A program made the position numbers and the translations under genes. This document shows positions 1 through 15,060 of a stretch of DNA of 64,000 nt, piece by piece (position 1 is the first letter of the stretch; every line of letters starts with the position of its first letter). The stretch is taken from the NCBI GenBank assembly GCA_965285935.1, contig OZ260666.1, positions 66,898,001 to 66,962,000 of the forward strand, given 5' to 3'. The notes under the pieces were generated by a model. It had not been told where the DNA came from, ran no database searches, and worked only from the letters and a program-made list of their open reading frames with translations. The stretch is from Ophelia neglecta. Lineage: Eukaryota.

Positions 1-3000
1 CGAGCATTACTCCCGTTATGTTTGGTGCAGTGAATGCTATTGGAAAAAATGTCCCAATGCCTGTCTCTAATGACTCCAACAACAGATCCCCAAACGCCTG
101 AAAAATTACAATAATCGTCTCGTATGTACGTTATCCAGCTGTACGGCAGGCTATAACCTCAAAAAACTAATCAGAGCCACATAAATTCATGTCGTAAAAT
201 GAATACAAGAAATATGGTATTTGAACTGATCATGGTTGACTTTCAGACAGTACCCATTTAGTAACTCTCAAAATGAGCATTTTGTAAGAACAACAAATTT
301 ATTTAAACTAGTGCCTGTATAAAGCTTACAGTATTAGGTGACCTACCATAATCAGATGCATAGCAATATTAGGCTATTTGAGATCAAGCAATAAACATTT
401 TTCGTTGGTATTCTAATAATAAAGAGGTTTAGTCTATTAACTATTATTAATGAACATTTAATAATAGATATGTTGCTCAATATAAATATTCTATATATAT
501 ATGGGTTTTGTCTTGCGACTTTGCAACGCTTGACTGCTGTTGCCTGCCTGCTGTGGCAACACAAGGCTTGATGTGGTGTTTTTTTGAGACGCAGGGCACA
601 AGATAAAACGATTTGAGATGTTTATTTGCTAGGAAAGAAAACGTACTGATATAACTAACATACGCTGGCTGTGAAAAACTAGTTTTGCCGGAGATGTATC
701 ATTTTGTGACAGATCGAAGAAAACTGCAGACAGAACAAAATGACTTTGCATACTTTGTACAGGGAGATTTTTAAATTTGCCTCAAATTGTAAATCATGGA
801 AAAAATCTTTGCGGCGCAACAAGTATTGGTTATAGGCGCGGAAATCACTTCAACACGTTGCTGATTATACTAAATTAGCTACATATATAGTTTGGAAATG
901 AAACCGAAGTTTCCAGCATTTCCATTGCTACTTCTGCAAAATAAAACTCGCATAAAGTCATTTGTATACTACAGTTTGTAGGCCAAAAACTGCTGGCAAA
1001 AAAAAACCTAATTTGTCCCTTGGTTTCTATTTTGAATAATCTTGGTTTGTATCATGAACATGACAAAGGTCCGGTCAACGTTAATAAAATGACACTAATA
1101 AAGCTGGGAAATGGGACACAGTACATATGTTCTGGTTTCTGGAAAAAGGTTAATCCATCAATGACAACGCATAAGCGAAGACCGATGAGTCATTGCTGTC
1201 AGACTGCTTAACGATACTTTACAAGATTAATATATCATTTGATAAAGCAAATGCAATGAATATGCAATAATGATTTTTTCGTTAGTTTTATTTCGTTTCT
1301 GTATCAAATCTTGAATAAACGTTTATTGTGCAAATATAATGCATATAATAATTATATAGATATAATAATGTCAATACGGCATAATGAAATCCACATTATC
1401 TAATTGAATAGCTGTTTTTCCCTGAATGATGTGAATAACAATGTGACCCCGATTAAAATATTTAGTTTTAGGTTTTCAACCTTTTTGCATAAATTGAGAA
1501 TTTCCTCGATAATTGTCTGATCAGTCTTTTTTAAACGATGAAAAAGATGTAATTAACTTCATTAACCTAACAGCTTTCACGCTTCACTGTAACACTATTT
1601 TTTACTGAGACGTATGGGGTCGAATTGATGGCAAAAATGTATTTATCAATGCAAATTGTATTTAAGCGTTCGAGCGATTTGTCTCTAATTTCATGAACTC
1701 CGACCCAATGTTTGCATTCAAAATAACCAGTATTCCCTAATTACTGATGTGTCAGATATAAGTTGACAAATGGCTCCGCCATGCAGCAGATAAATTAATA
1801 GGTAAATATTGAATTGTATTGCGTGCCATATTAATTAAATTGATTGGATGGAATCAATCGAATTGAATAAGTTGTTGCACACACTGGGTAGCCAACATGC
1901 GGCTTTTTTATTCCATTTCGTGGGTCCCACGTTGCCTATATTGTGGTAAGACATCCTAACATGTAAATAAAATATAACCTACAATTTAGAGAGTTTGAAT
2001 AGGATTTGATGCTACATGTCATCTATATCTTAGATTCTCAGACAGAAATATGCATTGAAACTAGGCAGCTTTATGTGACTACTGATAAACTAAGAAAAAC
2101 ACTCTATTTATTGGGAGTTTCCAAGCTTTGGCCTATATATCACCGAAATTTGAAGAGCAATTTTCCTCCTGACAACAAAGACAATGGCGAGGGGAAGAAA
2201 TTGGGAATATTTTAGAAAAAAAAGGGTAGTGGAAGTGTAAGTAAAAGCACAATTTTCTCCCATTGTCGCCGCTTCTTTCATTGTAGTTGTATTAGAAATG
2301 TGCCGAAACTATCATGGGTTGTGCTGGGAAACCATTTGAGATTATTTCCAATACTACAGAGGGAGAAAAAAGGGTCCCAATTTCAAATGACACCACCATG
2401 TTTTAATCATATTTGTGCTCTGGCATATGTGTATTCCACGCCTTTAGCACGCTTAACCTATGATTTTTCCAATCGTCCACTTAAATCTGCAGATTATAAT
2501 TTCATAAGTTGGGTATTTGCCCTATTTATTAAGGCATATACGCAAGCAATGCAGATGTCGAAAGCAATAAATTATTCTTGTATTCTGACTGCTGACTGTA
2601 GCAAGAATTACGATAAATTTGGCATTTAGTAGCATATTCCTTGTCCACCCAACGTCCCCAACAGCCCCTACAGTGCTGGCTCAACAATGTAAAGAATGTC
2701 CTGGCTGCCGTGAAATGGTTCATAAGGGATAAGCTGAAATGCAAAAATGTTGCAGTCTGTATTAATAAGCAAGTGACTTACGTTCACTTTCTTCGTGACT
2801 TTCTCTGTCACATAATGATTGAAACCGCCAATTGAGAATATTTCGGTTGTAAGATGTTAGTTTATTTGTAGAGGAGGCAACCGCAAGTTATAAGGGTACA
2901 AAGACATATATTAGTGCATTGTCTGGCAAAAGACCTCTCAAGGACTGCTATTTGTATCGTTCTGGTAGTAATATATCATCCCTAGTTGATATGAGAAAAG

Positions 3001-4897
3001 GCTGGTTATAACAACAGAACGGCACTTTGGAATTCATTGATATTGAGCCTTCTATAACCAATTAGTTGAATGTCGCTCACGTCACGCGACACAAAACAAA
3101 TGGATCCCTTGTACAACACGCCCATTAAATCGTTCCGAAATTATCAAGAAGACCAGCAGACTTAGAACCATAAACATCTATAACAACTGCCTAGCACTAA
3201 TTTAAGGATACAAAATCATTCATAAAAGCGTAAAATTGCAAAAAGGACGGGCTATAAAAGACTATAAAAAAACTCATTTGCATACCCTCTACTGCTACTA
3301 ATTTGTTGTCTTATTATGTTGGCTTAGTTTGCAATACCATTACATGTTTTACATCTTCAAAGCAGAGCGTAATGTCACTGAACAGGTTGCAATCTCGTGC
3401 AAACCCAAAAGAGTAAGAGTTAAGAGGAGTGTAACTTCATGTTTTGCCGTTAGGTCAATGAAAAACACATTCGTGTGCAGACGATGAGACCTGGATGGTT
3501 TAATAGGGCCGGTTTGATGATATTGCCTACTGCTCACCAACAGCCACATTACTCATCTGAAAGCCTGATTGCAATTAAAGAAACAGTGGTCAAAAATTTA
3601 TTGGTATGGCCATTTTCTGCTGTGCACGGGGAATTTATATAAAGAATTCACTAATTTTCCCGTCTTTCTTGTTAACTGAGACACTTTCATTTATAGTCTC
3701 AAAGTATTATGAGAAAGCTTACACCTTCATAGCCTCTCTTGAAGCATATTTCATCTCTATACTACTTTGACAACTGACTCGTTTGTTTGTAATCTTACTC
3801 GCATCATGGAAACTACTTTTATTTCCTTACACGTTTATGTAACCTTTAGAAGATGCAGATCGAGTTATTCATGAGGGTAGTGATGTGGCAGATGCTTCCT
3901 GATGATTTCTGACCGATTAAATGGACTATTCTAGAACACTGATTTGGTGTTGCCTGCCAGGTATCCACTCCCAATTTTTCTTAACCGTTTATGTGACAGA
4001 ATCGAACACTTTTCGGGGCTATCAATATAAGTGCTCTGATGCCTAGAAAGATTACAATGAGCATGCCACCGATGCAAAAGTAAAACTAAGCCAGCCCTAC
4101 CCATGAGGACTAGTCATATGCAGTTGTCCCCAGCCAGATTAGACGTTGAACAAGGCCTAGTGATTTCTTCTACGACAGAACCTATAATTTTTGTGACAGT
4201 TCTTATCAATATATTGCTAATTTAGGAAGCTAGGAAAACAAATATTTCCATCAAATACAAGAAAAAACAAAAGCATGTTTTCACCTAGCTTTTAACAGCC
4301 TGCGATAAAAAAACAGATCAAAAACTGCAAGAATAACACTTTCAAATTCAAATGCAGTTGTTAATTGTAAGGTATGCTAATGCATGTATCATTTATATTA
4401 CATTAATTGTAGGTCAAAAGTCTATGACAATACATATCTATCTAAAAAGCTGAACAATCTACTCCATCGTCCAATAATATAATTGTAGAAATAAAAGTGA
4501 GTCTAATCTAATCAAATACATTTGCCATTTGATATAATAACTTTCATAATATATCTCAATAAAAGAATCCTTACCCATAAACCGCCTTGGGAGCCGGTTG
4601 ACCAATGTGATAGAATAAGCAACTCAGCTATTTACACCTAATTATTAAATTGAGCCGGCTAAATGCGTGATTCCTTGTGAAAAGCACATCAAAGATTTCA
4701 GTCTCATAAGATGGCGCACGTCAGAAATACGCCGATTTATTGGCTTCTGAAGAACCGCGAGGGTTAAACGCTCTGGGCGAGCAATCAGCCAGTCTCGTGC
4801 CTTAAACATCTAGACTTAATAATAGAGGTCATTAGTTTATAAGTAGACTAAAGAACATAGACATTTTGCCCTTGCAGATTAAAAGGCAACTTAATTA

Positions 4898-5140
4898 CAG
4901 GATCTAGTACATCAGAGAGCCTTGTCCCAAGTTTAGTTTGGGGACCAGTTTAGTCTATAACCGATTAGCTAAGACCACATTAAGAGCTGTTGTCATTGAC
5001 CAGAGAGACCAAAACGACAAGGTTTAGAGACAAAATCGAGCTTACAGAAACACCGTCTTGCTAGATAAGACCGATTAAACTCTTTACTTCTTAATTTAAA
5101 CAAAGATAAGAGTTAAACTGATTACAGAAACAGGGCCCTG
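4898..5140. mobile_element. Highly diverged copy of the 54321-54565 MITE family
   Basis: Shared blocks CCGATTAGCT, TGACCAG, GACCAAAA, AAGACCGATTAA, TAAGAGTTAA and right end CAGAAACAGGGCCCTG. Confidence 0.6.
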
Positions 5141-7396
5141 GACCTTCTTTTCTGCCCATATTTGAAAATTAAACACAAAATATAGAGTTAAATAATAATA
5201 TTATATAAACAAAACGTAAACTTACAATAAATTTGAACATGGTCATTTCAAACCACCAATAAGACAATACCGTCACCTCTAAGTCTTGACCAAAAACAAT
5301 GTGTGTAACGGTGGCTGTGATCAAATACGACAAATTGAAACTCGTGTGACAAAATAACAAACGTGTTTTTTGAATTTATTTAATCATCCCCTACAGTCAC
5401 GATAGAAACTTTTGTACATTTATTTTACCAATGTAACGACAAGCCTGATCAGGGGAAATTGAACACAACTGCATAATTCGTAATCCAGTTTCAGATGAGT
5501 ACGCTGGAGGTAAGTGTATACACATTATTTGGGCAGATTTTGGTTACAGGTTTGAAGTATTACAGAGATGTATATGCTGCTGTTACGTAGTGATAACTTG
5601 TGAATACAGGAAATCTTTTCAACTGGGACGCAGACACATACTACTGAGACACAACCAACGTCTATCATAAGAAAAACAATCTAAGAGCTAAACGGGATAA
5701 CCGGGTAAAGTGATTGAGCTAAAATCACTTCCAATTACACTTGGGAATCATCCAGTCAGATTGAGCAGTGTCATATAGCATAAGCTATGCAATCTCATGA
5801 CTCGTAGACTGCACAAGTATACCAAGATATCCCATTACCATAACAACTCTGGGATCAACCATTGAGCTGATTGCATTTTGGAATCTCTGCTTATTGATTT
5901 AGGTTAATACATGACAGAATTGCAATCTTTAATGTAAGATTTGAAACTAATCCGCTTGATTATTTACCAAGGCGCAATTCAACTGTATAAGATGGGCTCA
6001 CTGTTCAAATTTTGGTAAAAAATAATCTGATAGTTTTAATAAAGAATTCGGTGACCACTTCATGATGATCATATATTACGAATCTTTGGAAGCGGAAAAT
6101 CAACATACAAGATTAAAAATGAAGATGCTCAATGCTGCGGGTAAATATAACAAGGACGTTCAGGTAACTATTACCGCAACAAATATAAAGCTGCATGCCT
6201 GTAAAATTTTAACCAAAAGTTAATTTCATTGGAGGCCTAGCCCGTCAAAATGCATGACCGCCAAGTAATATTGTGTTTGTTTTTAACGTCACTGAAAAAG
6301 GATGCAATTGCTAGCAGAAATGTGACGGAACTAATTGCGAGCGCCCAGGAATTTTTTTCCATCCCTTTATACTTGCATATCGCATGCACCAGGCACAACC
6401 CCACTTACATATCCGGAATCATGCAGCGAATAATAATACGTTGGGCTTTTGCCTCGATCCACGACACAACCACTAGGATAATAACAAATCAGCAGTGGCC
6501 TGGGAAAATGCGTCTCGAAGGAATACCGTTTCGTGGCAGAGGGCCAAATATGTCAGTCTTCCCTTCCACCGTTCTGTTTAATATTTTTGGGTTTTCAGCT
6601 CTGTTAGATACCACTATAGGGAATCTGTAGGTGTATCAGATTGAAATAGGGAAAGTCTGCAACAGGGAAAGCTCAGCATAAAAGATGATTTATCTCAATC
6701 AGTCCGTGTGGTGAACACGGTTTGTCGAACGATCAATATGACCACTATTTCTATTAAAATACAGCCTCTTGAAAATATGTGGCGGCGATTGTAGGCTATA
6801 TTGTTAGATAATACTTAACTGCACTGAATCACCCAGCAGAAATTGCATATTATAGAGATATTACTGAAAATATTTAAAGCACATAAATGCGATAATTTCC
6901 CAACATTTTCGAAAGCATTCTGGTTATTAAGTTTCTGTATGAAGTTTTCCGACTAATGTTTTTATAGATAAACACTTACTATTGTTCCTTTCGCGGAAAT
7001 TTCAAGCTATAAACAAAATTATGCCCAACGAAATGTCCGCGCTCGGCAAGTCTTAGCTTATAGTATTGACTGATTTATATCCTCATGAAATATGATTTAA
7101 GAACGCTCAATATTTACAATTATGTCTGAACATTTATTTGAATTATATTCATTTCTTTAATTATCATTTGAAAAAAAACAGTCCTAATGTCAACTATTAT
7201 TGATAGGTTAATATGAGACATCTCATAGTATGTATATGTTGAACACATAATTCAGGCAATTAACTAAAAAAGTCTCATTCCATTACTAGAGCCAGTATGG
7301 TTTATCCCTTTTATCGAATGCTCTTCTTTCGGAAAGACATATTGGTGCTATGGACATTTTCAAAGCAATGCTTATGATTCCAAGCTGCAAGACCGC

Positions 7397-7491
7397 TTCC
7401 CTTCGTAGCAGAGTACAAAGCTCCGCTCTCTTCGCCTGTAGGTGATGCGGAGAAGCTATGCGATAAGCATTAGCTTCTTCTGCGAAGGGTA
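7397..7491. mobile_element. 95-bp mini-MITE with 9-bp target-site duplication (MuDR/Mutator-like)
   Basis: CAAGACCGC at 7388-7396 and 7492-7500 directly flanks imperfect TIRs TTCCCTTCGTAGCAGA and TCTTCTGCGAAGGGTA. Confidence 0.55.
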
Positions 7492-10400
7492 CAAGACCGC
7501 CGGTGGCAAGCTATTGTGTGAATGGTCTAATTTTTTGGGGAATTATCTGTTGCTCATATTAAACAATCAAACCTAGGGAAAGCCTAAACTGCAGGATGTT
7601 AATAAGATAAACGCATTTGAATGAACATAAAAACTTGCGAATGGTTTAGGGCCGCATATTTATGGACATTTAATAGGCATATATTGTACGTCCCAAGAAT
7701 TGGCTGTGCAAACAATTCTAGATTTTATATTTAACAAAGAGCACGGTGCACATTACCTCATTCCAGATCTGAAATACTATCGTTTCATTCCCTAATGCCC
7801 AATCGCCTGTCTGTGTATACGGTACTCAACATCTACCAATATTTTGAAATTCTATATTCAATTTCTCGAACTATATTCCATACTTACAAATTTCTTCTTC
7901 AAATTCACTATACTGGAAAACAAGACTCACCTGCAAAGATAAAAAACAACAGGCACGTAAGCCAAACAGTATATGTAGTACATAGGAATGCCTAATTAAT
8001 ATAGATATAATTTTCTTTTTTTATACAGCACATATCCAATATATTATATGCTAGTTAAATCATATTCCGTATACAGTGAAACTATATGTGGGGCACAATT
8101 AATCTATTTATTTCGTCGGTGGCCTCCAATGGTAGGCATATAATAACTTTCATTGACTCAAAGATAATATCTTTCATACTGAATAGAATGAAAGGTGATA
8201 AAAGTATGCGATTAAGGGGTTGTAAATGCCACCGAGAAAAAATTTAAATTATAAATGTAAACATGAATGCAGGTCGAGGCAGGCAGAAAACAGTTAATGT
8301 GGCCGTATATCTCATGTTACAATATAGTTTCTGTCTGTTACCAAATATAACCAATAGAACAAAATTTCGGCGGAAGGGCGGAGATAGCCTCATGCATATT
8401 TACCATTTATACGCAACGAAACAAGACTTTTCAGTCCTGATAATGTAGGTAATTCCTTGATGGTTTTCTTACTGGCTTTGAGCGGTAGTGACTAAACCAT
8501 TTTGCCTGAAGCCGCGTCATTAAACTTGCCCAAACCAATAGATAGAGCTTCTACAACTTGTAAAGTCTGTGCTTAACACGCACTGAAAAAAGTCCATTTC
8601 TTTAAATGACTTCCTTTACTCAACTACCTATGCTTCGCGAACACTGGAAAGAGGAGAGAGAGAGAGAGTGATTTACAACTCAGTTAAGCACTGGGAAATA
8701 AGGTTCTTTGCAAAAACACCCTATAATACTAAACTTATATTCAGGTTGTAATACAGAACAGACCTAAAGATAGCGCAATGAAGTGTTCGATTGCCATGAC
8801 CCCATTCAATGACAATCAAGGAGCAAGCTGTGCTCTCCCCAAGGATGCCTGAAGTTAATTTGTAGTGTAACGCTTTCTTCTATCGCGTGAATTTATGACT
8901 TGTATTAAAATACAGATCTAATATAAGAATAGAGTGCATAACCGGCGAACAAACATTATTCAGAGGCCAATCACCCTCAGGATGAAAAAACATTTATCCC
9001 TGATTCACACATGACACTGTCCCCTTTCTTTCGACCAATGACATGTGCAGAAGGACCTTGCATTCTAAGATACTAAGTTGAGTAAATTTTGTTGATTACC
9101 AAGCTAGGTTTGCGTCCTTTACGTTTTTGCTTGAAGGGCACTCATTTCACAGTGGAATATAATCAAATAACTTTATAAATTTACCAGCCTTTTTGTATTT
9201 TTACTAAGCCCGTGCCCTTGCAATATAAGATTAGATTCATATCAGTATGAAACAAGCAAGCAAGGCCCCAAGCTTAACGGTTAGCATTGCAGTCTAACTG
9301 CGAATGCATCTATGTATTTTTGTAGGCTATTTTTGGCTTAAACTGTAATATTATATCACCACTCAGCAATTCTGACGTAGTTTTGCTTACGGTAAGATTA
9401 CTGACATGCATGTACAGCAAAGCTCCTTTGATGATACTACAGAAAACAAATCTGGTCCTTTTCTACGGCAATCACGGGAAAAGGAGACAAAATACAAAAC
9501 TCAATGGCATTGCGTTTGCCCCCCCCCCCTCGTAACCCCCGCCATATCCGTTTCTTCTCACCTGAGGTTATCTGTCAGATAATAGTAAATTACATGCTAA
9601 ATAACAACCTTAAGTTCAAATCATTTTTGATGCTAGGGTATTAAGAGACCCGAAACCATATGTGGACATTAATAGGATAAAATCTTACAGGGAACTATCT
9701 TATTTCATTGTATTTTACTCAGCAAACGTGATAGTCTGGTGATAAATTGATAATTCGAAAAACTGTCAAGTGAGATATCCAAAAAACCGTAGTTTATGTG
9801 TTCTTTGATTGAAGAGCCGAAACCCATAGGACGCTTGGCCAATTCTACAAGAAATGGTGTGAGCAACCTCGCGTAACAAGTGAAACCAAAAGTAATGTGG
9901 GACATGTGTGATGTCAATTGGGTCTAAAATTGCTACGGAATATATACGAAAATCCAATTTACGCTGAATAATCCCTGTTCGGCTGTTCTAGTATTAAGAC
10001 AAATGAACATGCCCTAACTCTGGCATGACAAGATGAGAAATCCAGCAGGTGGGGTGAAGGGTTAAGGGACGAAATACACCAATAAAGAACGTTTCTCTTC
10101 AGAAAATTGGTTTGTATATTGGAGAACAAGGATGGCTATGAAATAAGGCCAAAAAGTATAAGAGATCCAAAATGATGCTTATGCGATGTTTTCACAGTGA
10201 TCTCCTGTTCCTGAGGATACAGCAATTTTAGGCAGAGGTAATATATTATGTGCCAATCATGTTACAGCCACAATTGTTTACTCCGTAAATTGGGTTTCGA
10301 TTTTTTGCGAAGTCTGAATGGTAGTTGACAAACAACTGATTCGCTAATGGTATTGTTATTTAACTGGCTCAGTTTGTTGCCCCATGCATAACTGTGTGTT

Positions 10401-12230
10401 TGGGACCGATTATTGTATTCAAAAACAAAAGAATACTTCTTCTGGTGGAACGCCTATTCCATAAATTAACATTTGGACATCATTAATCTTCTTCAGTGCT
10501 TTTAGCATTTAGCAAACCCTGTGTAAAGAAACCATATAAAGCTGTTTGTGTCTATCACGTGCTCTCTGTTTTCTTGCTGTCACGGTTCTTATTGCTGTCC
10601 AAGCTTGCGTATTGTTCTATATGTCATAATTCACATGCTCATCGCCCTTCAGGAAAGATTGGTTTCCACCCAAAGTAAACTCTTGTAATAAGAAAGCCAG
10701 TTGCAACCCTCAAAAGCATCAGCCCTATCGCGTGCAATACAGGGGCGCAAACTCCGATCTATTATTAATGATAAAGACAAACAAACTGTTGTATACAATA
10801 ATTAGTTATCATCAGAACAATGCGGCATAGTTTATTCTAACCGTTGTTATGTCTTTTCTATGCAAATCCGCATTAAAGAAAAAATGTAATGCCAATCATT
10901 TCATATTGACATCAGATTGTGTTACATATGAGCGTACGAATGACACTTGTCTGAACCACGCCCGTTACATAGAGATCTTGATCTTGATGGACGACCACCC
11001 AGAACGATTCCCAGCTTGTCATGCACTAACTAAGCCTATGACGAAGCTCCATTTCTTATGAATCAGTGGCAACTGGAACATGAATTACATTTGGACATTC
11101 ATTATCTGACGAAGTACAGTGAATTATATAGTACTTGACCAGTCCAAGGATGTGGACCATCTTAACAAGTGGACATTCACTCATACATTTCTCATTTCAG
11201 CTCAAAGCATGATAGCCATCACAGTGTACTGACCCATGTGATAACTTGTAAACCAGGTCGATAACTCCGTATTCCGAAAATTCATTAGCTTATGCCGTCC
11301 AGGGGTCCCAATAAGACACCTAATAATATTGTATACCAACCACCATGGCAAGAATACGGTTCATGTCAAGTCTTCATTATTAGTATGTGAGCTGTTTTCT
11401 GCCATTACGGCTGAATGTTTGTATTGTGGATGGAATAGGTACATCGAAATAGGTACATCTATTTACAACTTTACGATTTTATGACTTTATTAAGTAATTT
11501 TATTAAACTATAATTAGTTCTCTAACTAGATTTGGTAAAGTATCGAGCACGGTCTTCCAGATGACAACGCTTACTATTGTGGGAGTCTTCCAAGGTTTAT
11601 TCATGTTAAGAGGCTCTTTTTTTCTTAAAAGTTTCCAATTTCTTATATCCATGACGTATTGAACTCAAAAACGTTTCCGCACAATAAAATTTCTATTAAT
11701 AAGAAAAAATATTAATTATTTTGTTTTAAGATAAGAACTTATTCTGATTGTAACAACAATTAGAGCTATATTCTATGTCGGTCACAACATTGTTACAAAA
11801 TAATCAGTTTAATGTGTACTGGGAAAGGTTCTTGTGGAAAAGGTAGTGCCATGAACCATTGTATATATGTAAGTCACCAAAAACGGGGTAGAAGCAGAAA
11901 CAAATTACTCTTTTACACATCAATTAATGTAAAGAAAAGTGCTGATAACCTTGATTGTAATAAAAACAACTGTTATGTGGTGGAACTATAAATGTCTAAC
12001 TGGTCTCTCATTGATTGTGTTATGTAGCCAAGCAAATAATTGCGAGTTCGCTTGACAACATCAGTATAATTTACAGCTTCGATCGATTCTGCCTGTTCAC
12101 GTATCGAGGTAGCATCGGGATGGGACCTTAAAACACCAATCTCGTCTTTAATACGTTTCTGGCGGTATACGGTCACTTTACAATGTCTGTCGTCACCAAA
12201 ACACTACAACAGTTATACAGATGGAAATTT

Positions 12231-12670
12231 CACAACGATATAAACAATATGCCATTAAGAAACCTAAAATGCGTTGATGGAGCTTAAGTAGATGGACATT
12301 GCCTAGTAATAAACCAAGGCATGTGTGATTAACAACATAGGGGAGCAAGATCAATGGTTGTAATAAAATAGAAAATTCCAATAGGTGTTTGGCAGCCCAA
12401 ACCACTAATAAGCGAGGAACGCAGCCTACCGTTTGTCATAGGAGCCAACCGAACCAAGTTCACAATGATATCAATCAAAATGACATTGAATAACCTAAAT
12501 CTCGATGGAGATGAAGTAGATGGCCATTGCCCTCCAAAGCAGGGCATGATCGATGAACAATATTAGGAGGTTAGATCAATAGTTATAATAAAATAGAAAA
12601 TACCAATAGGTACTTGACAGACAAAGCCAGTCCAAGTAGGAAGGACAGCAATAGCCGCCAAACGAACCAT
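12231..12670. repeat. Diverged two-unit tandem duplication, period about 230 bp
   Basis: CACAACGATAT/CACAATGATAT (12231/12461), GATGGAG..AAGTAGATGG (12276/12504) and AGATCAAT.GTT.TAATAAAATAGAAAAT.CCAATAGGT recur collinearly. Confidence 0.8.
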
Positions 12671-15060
12671 ATCATTATATCACTTCGCGGTCCACTCGAG
12701 CAAGACAGGAAGTAGAATTCTACAGCAAGAATATTCTATGCTCTATTATACGTAAGAAAGTAGGTGTTATGAGTTGGCCAAAATTCTCTCAAGGTTCAAC
12801 TCAATAGCCAGAAATGCCAATCCTATGCTCTACTGAATCATATGCAAAAATGTATGTTTCCACTCGGAATTGTAAAAAACCAAATTAGTCATAGTTTCTA
12901 ACGAAAGAAATTGGAGTACACCATGCCTCTTACTCTAAATACAATGACATACTGATTATTTAAGCAGCATGTCCAACCAATACACATATAATGTGTCGTT
13001 AGATTATGAAGAAAAAAATAGAATCAATATAAAGTCCCTCTTGTTCTATTATTTGTGAATTGGATGCTTTCATAATGGAAAACATAAGTTTGAGAAGAAA
13101 TATTATACAAAGAAATCAGTAAGGAGTTGGCATTAATTCAGTTAGAGTAGATACTAAATACCCTGGTTGATCGACTTTTCATTGGACTTAATCTACGTCA
13201 TTAAAGTGTTCAAGGTCCAACCGGTAAGGCATGAGGAAACATAATCATACTTTCATGAACTGTCTCGCCTGATTCAAATAGGTGCTACAATGTTCAAAAC
13301 CCTATATTCCAAGAGTAACACTTGCATTACTTATGACTGGAAATCTACGAAAACTGGTAACCCCATTGTTTTCCCCGGTAAATCTGGAATAAATTGTCTT
13401 TTGTATAACATTTGCAATGACAATCCCTGGCAATCCTAACAATATCACGGATAAATGGCCACAGCAAACTCGGTGCAGGCAATTGGGAAACCAATCCCGG
13501 TAGACAGAAGAAAGCCAGTCATCACGAAATGGTCTAATGAGTCGTGTCATGAGAAGCCTTTCTGTAATTGAGGCCCCAATTTACCCTTACAGGACAATAC
13601 TTTGCATGTAATGCTATTTTTATGTGTTGATCGAATGAAAATAATTCTTAAAAAAGGATACTTTGAGGTTTTTAAACGGAAGAATCAACGTTTACAAAAC
13701 AGTATTAATATTCATTTTATTGAGAAAAAAAGTTGTTATTTTTTTTGTTAATTATAAAACGCCATTAATTCCGATTTCTTTGTTGATTTTAACTATAACG
13801 ATAAAATTCGAAAGGGATCACATTCACTAACGTGCAATTAAATGGTCTAGGAATTGACAGAAGTAATCCGAAAGACGCATGTCTTAAGACAACACTTCTT
13901 TATAGATATTCCTTTTCAATACAGGAGTCTGACTCCCTTAATCAGCGTCGCAATTTCGAGCTTTTGCAAAAAAATGAATAACACCCAAACTTCTTTTTAG
14001 ACAACCACAGGAAGCCGAAAGAATCACTCAAGTTAACCAGCAAGCACAAGTAATCAAATTATTTGTCTTGTATTTTTATATTTATATTCATATTTGTTGA
14101 CAAAAAAAAACATTCCTCTACATATAATGTTTTTACTTTCATACCGTCATAAACATTCAGCTTTTAGGCCACAAGTGTCTCAGTCTAATCCCCCATACAT
14201 CATTCAGTTCATTCCAGACGATACATTCAACATAAAACGATAATGCCAATGTTACATCTGTCGTTTGGAAACATGATATACGCAATACCTAACTACAATT
14301 CGCATGGTTTTACTAGCATTAATTTTGGCAGAAGTGTATTTCTTTCACAGACAAGGCACATTGGCTGCCTACTCTGAAATAATTGTTGGCTGGTAGCGTG
14401 TCCAACACAAAACGCAGGCCCGCCTGCTTGTCAATAACCTTTTACTTTTATGTAGGAGCACAATAGACGTACTCATGACGCTCATTTTCTCGAAAAGCCT
14501 ACGTATGATTCCAATACTTAATTTGATGCTATGCTCATTCATCAGCCATTATACTGCAACAATGACACTCTCCTAAGACTATAATGGGTGACTGCAGCAC
14601 TTGACCGATCCGAAAGTGCGAATTGAAATAATAATATATCAGTCATGATGTTAAAAATAAGGTAAGGGCATTGACATTGGCCGGAACAATATGTGATAGA
14701 AAAGTCCATATTCCTTAAATTATTCGAAATATTGAGTGTAATGCGTTATTCATGAATAATGATTATTCATTTGCTTTGTCATTTTTTTTTTAATTTCATA
14801 AAATAATATTTTGTAAAATAACTATATTAGAGACCAACCAATCAGCATAATACGAAAAGGCCCCATTTCAGTTGGTGTGTATTAATTACAGCACTTGCTA
14901 TAGTTAAAAGGCGATTGTTGAAGCTTTCTAATGAAATGTTAGATTGCTTGGAAAAAGGCGAGGTTGGCGCCTTTTTGTTTTGCTTGCACCTTCATTTATT
15001 TCATATGGCGAAGGAGAAATGAGAGCGGAATCAAACATAAAATTTTGTTCGCATAAAATA

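Noticed and set aside
2529-2744. Cys/Trp-containing minus-strand ORF as a possible next THSD7 exon
   Set aside because: Lacks WSxW/RxR TSR spacing and convincing splice sites.
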